A stretch of 64,000 nt of DNA. Origin: Candidatus Microgenomates bacterium. Its GTDB lineage: Bacteria; Patescibacteriota; Microgenomatia; UBA1406; GWC2-37-13. Made by a program: the position numbers and the translations under genes. Under the pieces are notes generated by a model, which did no database searches, was not told where the DNA came from, and worked only from the letters and a program-made list of their open reading frames with translations. The DNA lies in NCBI GenBank assembly GCA_025451885.1, contig JANWJL010000034.1:13149-77148 (forward strand), written 5' to 3'. Of the stretch, positions 57,734 through 64,000 are shown piece after piece; position 1 is the stretch's first letter, and each line of letters begins with the position of its first letter.

Positions 57734-58072
57734 ATGGAAATTCTAATCAGTGCCCTGATAAACGGACTGGCGGTCTGGATTGCTGCATATGTCCTGCCTG
57801 GAGTAAATGTTGACGGATTTTTTACAGCGATCGTAGTGGCGATAATCCTTGCGATAGTAAATGCGGTTTTGCGCCCGATCCTGATTCTTCTGACGATCCC
57901 TGTGACCGTATTGAGCCTTGGATTATTTATATTTGTAATCAATGCGCTTTTGATATTACTGGTGGCAAGAATTGTGCCAGGATTTACGGTGGATAGTTTT
58001 TGGTGGGCGCTTGCCTTTAGTTTGGTTTTATCTATCGTAAATTCGTTTCTTCACTCACTTTCCCAGCCTTGA
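57734..58072 (+). CDS. small 4-TM membrane protein, DUF360 / 'phage holin family 4'-like
   Basis: 112 aa, 'MEILISALINGLAVWIAAYVLPGVNVDGFFTAIVVAIILAIVNAVLRPILILLTIPVTVLSLGLF...'. Start trimmed from the 57404 ORF, whose N-terminal part is antisense to the nucleotidyltransferase gene. Confidence 0.55.
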   Translation: MEILISALINGLAVWIAAYVLPGVNVDGFFTAIVVAIILAIVNAVLRPILILLTIPVTVLSLGLFIFVINALLILLVARIVPGFTVDSFWWALAFSLVLSIVNSFLHSLSQP

Positions 58073-59064
58073 GGGTGGTTGCCGTACCATTTGATAAGAG
58101 AGTCTACTGATTGCTGTATAGTACGTTTGGGTTTCCATTGAAGCAGCTTCGATGCTTTATCAATCGAGGCGATCATCTTGGAATATTCTCCCTGCCGGGG
58201 TTTATCTGATTTTTTCTTCTCAATTGTTTTCCCGGTTGCCTTCTCAACCTTATCAAGAATCTCTAAAACAGAATCGCCGGTACCGGTACCGAGATTAATA
58301 ATTTCATTTTTTCCTCCTTTTTCCAGATAATCTAATGCCTGGATATGAGCCTTGTTTATATCGACCACGTTAATATAGTCCCGGATAGGGGATTTATCAG
58401 GCGTCTCAACCTCGGGAAATGTGAGAAAGAACGGTTCGATCCCCAGAGCACCTCGTACTGCATTTTGGACCAAAAGAACAGAGGGTTTTTTTGAGTCACC
58501 GATAAGTCCGTCATCCGATGCGCCGCATACATTAAAGTACCTTAGGATTACATACTGCAGTCCTTTTACCTTTCCAAACCATCCGATAATCTTCTCTGCC
58601 ATCAGTTTTGATTCACCATATGGATTTGCAGGGTTGGTCGGGTGCGATTCATCAACGGGAATTTTTTGAGCTTCTCCGTATACTGCACAGGTTGAAGAGA
58701 AAACTAGACGGGAAATATTCTGCTCAGTAAGATGCCTTACCAGGTTTAGGGTACCGAGGACATTGTTTTCAAAATATTTTTCCGGCTCCTTCATAGACTC
58801 ATCCACCTTACAGGATGCAGCATAATGAAGGACCGAATCTATTCCCGTATTTTTTTTGAAAAAATTTGACAGATCTTTTCGAAGATCAACTTCTTCTACG
58901 ATAAGTTTTTCGGAGCCGAATTTTTTTTGAAGTTCAGTAAGAGGGCCCTTGTATCCTGTAGAAAAGTTATCCAGAGCAATCACTGAATGTCCTTGCTCGA
59001 GTAATTGGTATGTGGCAACAGAGGCAATATATCCACCTGCACCGGTTATCAACACTTTTTTCAT
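58051..59064 (-). CDS. galE: UDP-glucose 4-epimerase
   Basis: 'VLITGAGGYIASV', 'SSTCAVYG', 'YGESKLMAE' (YxxxK), 'RYFNVCGA', 'RDYINVVD'. Confidence 0.85.
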   Translation of the reverse strand: MKKVLITGAGGYIASVATYQLLEQGHSVIALDNFSTGYKGPLTELQKKFGSEKLIVEEVDLRKDLSNFFKKNTGIDSVLHYAASCKVDESMKEPEKYFENNVLGTLNLVRHLTEQNISRLVFSSTCAVYGEAQKIPVDESHPTNPANPYGESKLMAEKIIGWFGKVKGLQYVILRYFNVCGASDDGLIGDSKKPSVLLVQNAVRGALGIEPFFLTFPEVETPDKSPIRDYINVVDINKAHIQALDYLEKGGKNEIINLGTGTGDSVLEILDKVEKATGKTIEKKKSDKPRQGEYSKMIASIDKASKLLQWKPKRTIQQSVDSLIKWYGNHPQGWESE

Positions 59065-59951
59065 GACTCTTTTTTGTTATTAAAGTAGACAATAAGTTCA
59101 CCGATAATTCCGGTCATAATGATTTGGAACCCTACTATAATCAAAAGAACTCCCAGAAGAAGAGCTGGTCTTTGAAAAAGAAGCACGCCAAAGAATAATC
59201 GTTCGTATGCAAGATAGGCACATAATATAAATCCTGCCATAAAAATAATTGATCCAATCGGGCCAAAAAAATGAAGCGGTTTTTCTGAAAAACTATATAT
59301 AAATGCAGTTGTTACGGTGTCAAAAAATCCGGATATTACCCTAAAAAATCCGTACTTTGATTTTCCTGAGTGTCTGGGATGATGATGTACTACAACCTCC
59401 GATGTCTTAAAGCCTTCTTTATCGGCTAATATCGGTATGAAACGGTAATTGTCACCATATAAGGAGACCTGTTCCAGAACTTCTCTGCGCATTGCCTTGA
59501 ACCCGCAGTTTATATCATGAAACCTTGATTGGAGGAGGACTCCGAGAAGAAATTGATTAAAGATTGAAGAATAAAATTTCTTGAAGAAAGGGTCTTTTCT
59601 GTTTTTTCTCCAACCGTTTACCAAATCGTATCCGTGCTTAATCTTTTCCAAAAAGGCAGGAATATCTGCAGGGTCGTCCTGGAGATCCGCGTCCATGAAA
59701 AAAATTACTTCTCCTTTTGATGCGAAAAAGCCGGACATGAGGGCGCGTCCTTTACCCATTCTTTTTCTGTGTGAGACCAAAACCGTATTTTCCTTACCTT
59801 TTATTTTCTGTGAAGATGCGTCAGTCGAACCGTCGTCTACAAAGACTATCTCAAAATTTTGGCTAAGACTTTTCATAACTTCCCGTATTTTTTTATACAG
59901 TGGCGCAAGATTTTCTTTTTCGTTGTGAAAGGGAATAATGAAGCTGATCAT
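59061..59951 (-). CDS. family 2 glycosyltransferase, polyprenol-phosphate sugar synthase type (GtrB/ArnC/DPM1-like) with two C-terminal TM helices
   Basis: 'ISFIIPFHNEKENL', 'IVFVDDGSTDAS', 'IFFMDADLQDDP', and C-terminal 'IFMAGFILCAYLAY...LLGVLLIIVGFQIIMTGIIGE'. Confidence 0.75.
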   Translation of the reverse strand: MISFIIPFHNEKENLAPLYKKIREVMKSLSQNFEIVFVDDGSTDASSQKIKGKENTVLVSHRKRMGKGRALMSGFFASKGEVIFFMDADLQDDPADIPAFLEKIKHGYDLVNGWRKNRKDPFFKKFYSSIFNQFLLGVLLQSRFHDINCGFKAMRREVLEQVSLYGDNYRFIPILADKEGFKTSEVVVHHHPRHSGKSKYGFFRVISGFFDTVTTAFIYSFSEKPLHFFGPIGSIIFMAGFILCAYLAYERLFFGVLLFQRPALLLGVLLIIVGFQIIMTGIIGELIVYFNNKKES

Positions 59952-61462
59952 GGTTTTTTCTTCTTATATACTTCGAAATTTTTCTTCTGATATATCAATT
60001 CGAAATCCGGATCTTTTACCAATCTCTGATATACGGGTATAAGTGTGTCCTTCTCAGGATAATTATATATTTCATTTAACCGAATGGCAATGTAATCGGC
60101 TAAAACGTAGTCCTCGTCAAATGTATAGAAATATCTTCTTCCGGAAAAGAACGGCGAGAGTTGGCCTGTAGACGAGATCTTAAGGTCCTCTTTTTTCAGG
60201 AGATCTCCCCAGAGTTTTGCATCCGACATCTCAGCCTGAGGATATTTGATCGGGTGGATTTCTTTTTCTAATGAGTAGGGTAGTGGACTTTTCCAGTAGG
60301 AAAAAATAGCCGTCGCAATAAGAATGTAAACCATTGCTATTATTGTTATCTTATTTACTATTCGAGCCTGTCGAGAACGGTTCTTCTCGATTACACTCGA
60401 AGAATAATCAATAAGTTTCTTTGCTCCGTAGATTGCGGATATAAAAATAAACGGCTGTATCACTGCCGTGTAATGGTAGATGATATTTCTCATATTCCAG
60501 TTTTCGGAAAGGAGATTTACTCCTAATTCCGGCAGTGAGATTAAAAAAATGGGAAGTGCAAAAACCGATAAGAAGCCGAGGGGTCCTAAGAGAAATAAAA
60601 AGTATCTAAAGGTGTCGGTATGAAATACCCGCTGTAGTACCACTTGAGGGTTTTTAAAAAAACCTAGGAGTATTGCGCCCGGAGAATCACCGAAGTCGCT
60701 GTATCTGGCGACTGCAAAGTGATCTCCTCCTCTAAAGTGGGGAATAATCCAAAATACTGAAGCGCAAAACCATATCAAACTCGTGATCAAAACCGTAATC
60801 GGAAATTTCAAAGATTTTTTTTCTTTGAATTGATCGTACAAAATATACAGTGCAAAAAAAGCAGCGGTCAGCGATACCTGCTCTTTTGCCATAAGCGACA
60901 AAAGGAGAAAGATAAAACTGGAGAGATAGTTTTTTCTTAGATAGAAATAGAACGTAAAAAGAAGCGTCGTGGTTGCAAGCACAACTGCATGAAAGTCGTA
61001 GATATTTGCTTTCTGCAATACGGGATTGAGTAGGTAGCTGAGCGCAAAGGCAAGCGAAAGTAACTCCTTATACTTTGATTTGTTAAATACTACGCTTGTT
61101 ATAAGAAAGACTGCAAAAGCTCCAAGCGACACGACTACGGCTTGTATGACAAGCAACATTGCAGGTGAGTCTTTGAAAAAATAAAACGGAGCGAGAAGAC
61201 CAAGAAGCAGGTCGTTATGCACTCCCATTCTTTTTATCTGTTCTTTACCAAGAGGGTCTGTGATCTCAAGAAAGTGTGAATAATCGTTTTTTTGAATTGC
61301 CTTGTATGAGTTGTGTACTGCCTGATGCATGATCCCAAGGTCAAAGTAAGAGGCGTAAAGGGTATGATACCTAAGAACCGTAAGATAGGAAAAGTAAAAA
61401 GCGTAGAGTGCGATGAAAAGCCACAGGAAAACTTTTGGTCGTAGTATTTTTTTCAAGAACAT
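59948..61462 (-). CDS. polytopic membrane protein, DUF2079-like (candidate GT-C type transferase)
   Basis: 504 aa with ~13 TM helices. N-terminal 'RYHTLYASYFDLGIMHQAVHNS' resembles the DUF2079 signature. It is start/stop-coupled to the polyprenol-P GT2. Confidence 0.5.
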   Translation of the reverse strand: MFLKKILRPKVFLWLFIALYAFYFSYLTVLRYHTLYASYFDLGIMHQAVHNSYKAIQKNDYSHFLEITDPLGKEQIKRMGVHNDLLLGLLAPFYFFKDSPAMLLVIQAVVVSLGAFAVFLITSVVFNKSKYKELLSLAFALSYLLNPVLQKANIYDFHAVVLATTTLLFTFYFYLRKNYLSSFIFLLLSLMAKEQVSLTAAFFALYILYDQFKEKKSLKFPITVLITSLIWFCASVFWIIPHFRGGDHFAVARYSDFGDSPGAILLGFFKNPQVVLQRVFHTDTFRYFLFLLGPLGFLSVFALPIFLISLPELGVNLLSENWNMRNIIYHYTAVIQPFIFISAIYGAKKLIDYSSSVIEKNRSRQARIVNKITIIAMVYILIATAIFSYWKSPLPYSLEKEIHPIKYPQAEMSDAKLWGDLLKKEDLKISSTGQLSPFFSGRRYFYTFDEDYVLADYIAIRLNEIYNYPEKDTLIPVYQRLVKDPDFELIYQKKNFEVYKKKKP

Positions 61463-61500
61463 ACTTTATTGTAACCGTTTTTTCATTTGTAGACTCTTGG

Positions 61501-62316
61501 TCATAGTGGATCTCGTTTTGGCACGCCGCTCTTTTTTCTTGGGATCCTGCCTTCTTTGATGAGGCGTTTTATTATTTCACTTACTTCGTTTGAGGATAAA
61601 CCAGTTTGCTTTGTAATATAAGCCCTTGTCTTTTTGTCTTTCCGCCACTCGACAACACGTTCGTCCAAATCTTTTTTTTCCTCATGGCTTAATCTTGAAT
61701 ATCTTCCAAAAACTTTTCTTTGACTGGGAATACCTGATCCTTCCAATGACTTAATTCTTTCAGGAATAAACATCTCTTCCTCCCATTTCTGCATTGCAGG
61801 ACTCTTCCACCTCTCAGGAGCCTTGATGTCTCTCATTTTTTGTAAAAGACCGGACCTATCATCTTCATCGTACTGGGAGACTACGATATTCAGGCTATGC
61901 ATAATCTTCGTAAATTTCTTAGCGCTTAAGTATTTACTGGCAATATGAATTGCGTCGATCACCGGCTCCATTACATCAGCTCTATCTGTTCCTGCTTGTA
62001 CCACCGCATCCTCAAGGTACTCCGGCAGCCTGTCTACATTAAGCATACTCATGGTTTCCAGTAGTCCCAGCAATCCGGTTCTATGCTCCGATACAACGAT
62101 ATCTGCAGGGTCTGAAAGCATCTTCAAGAAGGCCCTTGTTATATCGCCTTTATCTTTTCGTTCAAGTGAATTAAATCTCTTCTTATAATTCTTCTGCAGT
62201 TTCTTGCGCTCAGGTGATTCAGGCTCATTTAGAATGTGCAAAGTCGCTTCATTGAAAATAAACTCTGCTATAAATAGTTGGGCAACAGAAGGTCTACTAA
62301 TACGCTCTTTTGACAT
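61501..62316 (-). CDS. hypothetical protein with C-terminal helix-turn-helix-like tail
   Basis: 271 aa, soluble and charged. The C-terminal 'AYITKQTGLSSNEVSEIIKRLIKEGRIPRKK' looks like a small HTH. No other motif recognised. Confidence 0.4.
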   Translation of the reverse strand: MSKERISRPSVAQLFIAEFIFNEATLHILNEPESPERKKLQKNYKKRFNSLERKDKGDITRAFLKMLSDPADIVVSEHRTGLLGLLETMSMLNVDRLPEYLEDAVVQAGTDRADVMEPVIDAIHIASKYLSAKKFTKIMHSLNIVVSQYDEDDRSGLLQKMRDIKAPERWKSPAMQKWEEEMFIPERIKSLEGSGIPSQRKVFGRYSRLSHEEKKDLDERVVEWRKDKKTRAYITKQTGLSSNEVSEIIKRLIKEGRIPRKKSGVPKRDPL

Positions 62317-62361
62317 AGTGTCAAAATTATACCAAGATTAAAGCCTTGCCTCAATCTAAAC

Positions 62362-63336
62362 CTATTTGTTGCCGGAGTGGTATTTTTCGTGGACCTCCCG
62401 GAGTCGGGGATTACTGACGTGGGTATAGATTTGCGTTGTTGAAAGATTTTTATGTCCGAGCATTTCCTGCACTGATCTAAGATCTGCGCCTGCATTCAGT
62501 AAATCAGTAGCAAATGAGTGTCTCAACATATGGGGACCGATGCGCATAGTAATACCTGCTTTTTTTCTATACCGTTCGACCAACCGCTCGATAGAACGTA
62601 CTGATAATCGCAGTCTTTCATCGGACAGTTCTTCTTTACCTTTCGGGCCGGAGTAGCGGATGAACAGGGGACGGTAGGAATCTGATCTTTTCTCAAGATA
62701 TTTCTTAAGCCAATCTTTTGCGTCTTTTGATAGAAACACGATTCTGACCTTTCCGCCTTTTCCTGTTACGCTGAATTCACCTGAGTTTTGATTGACGCGA
62801 TCACGATTAAGCGCAGCCATTTCAGAGACACGAAGACCTGTGGAGAAGAGCACCTCAAGAATTGTACGGTCTCTTATGCCATGCTCCTCGCGTGTATCCA
62901 CGCTCTGAAATAATGCTTTCAGTTGGTCATCTGTAAGAAATTTTAACTCCCGGTCGCGCGTCTTCCCAAGCTCAATCATCTCTGCTGACATGACCTGAAA
63001 CTTTTGCCTGGTCAGATATTTGAAAAAAGAGCGCAGGGCAACCAGGAAGTAGTTCTGGGTCTGTCTTTTCAGATCTCCCTTGTAGGGATTTTTATAGGAA
63101 TGGGAGAGATAGAGGCGGAAGTTGCGGATAGTTTCCTCATCTATTTTTTCAACATCAAAATCTTCGGTGTTATTGGCTTTCAGCAGCCAGCCTTGGAAAA
63201 AACCGAGGTAGTAGCCGTACATCCGCACGGTTTTTACAGAAAGTCCTTTATCAAGCTCGCAATACTCAAGAAACCGCAAAACAGCTTCCTTCACACCCAT
63301 ATCTTTGATATTAAACGACATTGAAAGAGGATTCAA
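62362..63336 (-). CDS. tyrosine recombinase, XerC/XerD family
   Basis: N-terminal SAM-like core-binding domain, 'GLRVSEMAAL' (Arg), and 'HMLRHSFATDLLNAGADLRSVQEMLGHKNLSTTQIYTHV' (H-x-x-R, H, Y). The ORF start at 63336 is TTG; the ATG at 63321 (MSFNIKD) is an equally good start. Confidence 0.85.
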   Translation of the reverse strand: MNPLSMSFNIKDMGVKEAVLRFLEYCELDKGLSVKTVRMYGYYLGFFQGWLLKANNTEDFDVEKIDEETIRNFRLYLSHSYKNPYKGDLKRQTQNYFLVALRSFFKYLTRQKFQVMSAEMIELGKTRDRELKFLTDDQLKALFQSVDTREEHGIRDRTILEVLFSTGLRVSEMAALNRDRVNQNSGEFSVTGKGGKVRIVFLSKDAKDWLKKYLEKRSDSYRPLFIRYSGPKGKEELSDERLRLSVRSIERLVERYRKKAGITMRIGPHMLRHSFATDLLNAGADLRSVQEMLGHKNLSTTQIYTHVSNPRLREVHEKYHSGNK

Positions 63337-63363
63337 GCGTTAATGTTTACAGACTGTGAGATC

Positions 63364-63372
63364 TGATATAAT
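63364..63372 (+). promoter_or_regulatory. extended -10 element TGATATAAT, 9 nt upstream of ATG 63382
   Basis: Read directly: atcTGATATAATgggcgaattATG. Confidence 0.45.
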
Positions 63373-63381
63373 GGGCGAATT

Positions 63382-64000
63382 ATGGCTCTTGCCGAAACCA
63401 TGAGACCAGCTCCGAAAGAATTGCGTGCAAACTTAGAAGCTCTTCGCAATACTCCCTATCCCGGACGGGGATTTGTAATGGGCCTGAATGAACGTGGCGA
63501 TATGGGAATCCAGGTCTATTGGATTACTGCCCGAAGTCCTGACTCACAAAACAGAGTCATACTCGAAGATGACGGTTTTTTTAGAACAGAGGTCTTTGAT
63601 CCAAGTAAACTGCAGGGAGATCAAGATCCAAACTTGCTTATTTATAGCGTAACAGCAACTGCTTGGGATAATCACGTAATTTCAAATGGGGAACAGACAG
63701 ATGCGATAGCCGATAGTCTTTCAAGGAGAAAAGATTGGGAAGAAGAGCTAGGGGAATGGAGTTTTGAAGGCGACTCGCTCCATACACCGCGGATATCCGG
63801 AGTTCTTAGGATTGGCAATCATCCAAAGTTTTTGTTTTCGAAAATAAGAGAAGGGTCTTCCGGTAATACCGAACGGGAATTCTACAATCTTACAAAATTT
63901 ATAAAGCCGGGCATAGGATATGCCATACAGACATATCAGGGAGAAGACGAACATAAGGTAATGGCTTTTGAAGGAGAACCTTATCCGCTCCCTATCGGAG
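63382..64000 (+). CDS. purO: IMP cyclohydrolase, archaeal PurO type (3' end beyond window)
   Basis: Not in the ORF track because no stop falls in the window. Own translation: MALAETMRPAPKELRANLEALRNTPYPGRGFVMGLNERGDMGIQVYWITARSPDSQNRV...HVISNGEQTDAIADSL...HTPRISGVLRIG... The blocks 'YPGRG', 'RS..S.NR', 'SNG.QTD' and 'TPRI' parallel the PurO family as I recall it. Confidence 0.6.
   Translation, partial: MALAETMRPAPKELRANLEALRNTPYPGRGFVMGLNERGDMGIQVYWITARSPDSQNRVILEDDGFFRTEVFDPSKLQGDQDPNLLIYSVTATAWDNHVISNGEQTDAIADSLSRRKDWEEELGEWSFEGDSLHTPRISGVLRIGNHPKFLFSKIREGSSGNTEREFYNLTKFIKPGIGYAIQTYQGEDEHKVMAFEGEPYPLPIG

Noticed and set aside
57734-58072. 'Phage holin' annotation as evidence of a prophage
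   Set aside because: No capsid, tail, terminase, lysin or repressor genes occur anywhere in the window, and DUF360 proteins are common chromosomal genes.
56695-63336. tRNA-Gly plus tyrosine recombinase as the ends of an integrative element
   Set aside because: I found no direct repeat of the tRNA 3' end near the recombinase. The intervening genes (nucleotidyltransferase, galE, GT2, DUF2079) are ordinary envelope genes, and the recombinase looks like XerC/D rather than a phage integrase. It is kept only as a low-interest boundary observation.

Overview
This is a gene-dense, low-GC bacterial window using the standard code. UGA is a genuine stop, since several full-length homologues end on TGA. 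All calls come from reading the supplied ORF translations and the DNA by eye; no searches or computations were run, so family names are motif-level recognitions. Content and architecture suggest a reduced-genome Patescibacteria/CPR-type organism (inference).

Layout:
- 1-19.2 kb is housekeeping: redoxin, a GT-C glycosyltransferase, rpsF-ssb-rpsR, CtpA and HtrA proteases, hisS, a short RF1, rpmE, rplJ-rplL, gyrB-ppa-gyrA, folD, miaA, a flavodoxin-like reductase and lepA.
- 19.2-61.5 kb is one very large cell-envelope glycosylation region. It holds 7 GT-C-type polytopic transferases (an eighth is at 766..2442), 8 GT2, 1 GT4 and 3 MOP/Wzx-like flippases.
- The same region carries nucleotide-sugar tailoring genes: Gmd, an RmlC-like epimerase, GalE, a PseB/CapD-like dehydratase, a DegT aminotransferase, a sugar N-formyltransferase, a UXS-like decarboxylase, and an SDR with a Cys-rich insertion.
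- It also carries two TylCIII-type C-methyltransferase paralogues, two further SAM methyltransferases, a ferredoxin plus B12-type radical SAM pair, and a tRNA-Gly(UCC).
- 61.5-64 kb holds an orphan HTH-tailed protein, a Xer-type tyrosine recombinase and the 5' part of an archaeal-type (PurO) IMP cyclohydrolase.

Most notable observations:
- The scale and logic of the glycosylation locus: lipid-linked monosaccharide plus GT-C, with no recognisable initiating phosphoglycosyltransferase, polymerase or ligase.
- The ferredoxin/radical-SAM pair inside that locus.
- Tandem TMTC-like (GT-C + TPR) paralogues.
- An RF1 lacking domain 1.
- No L9 gene after rpsR.
- A recurring TGnTAnAAT extended -10 box only 6-10 nt upstream of start codons, suggesting frequent leaderless mRNAs.

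No CRISPR array, rRNA, transposase or prophage block was seen.
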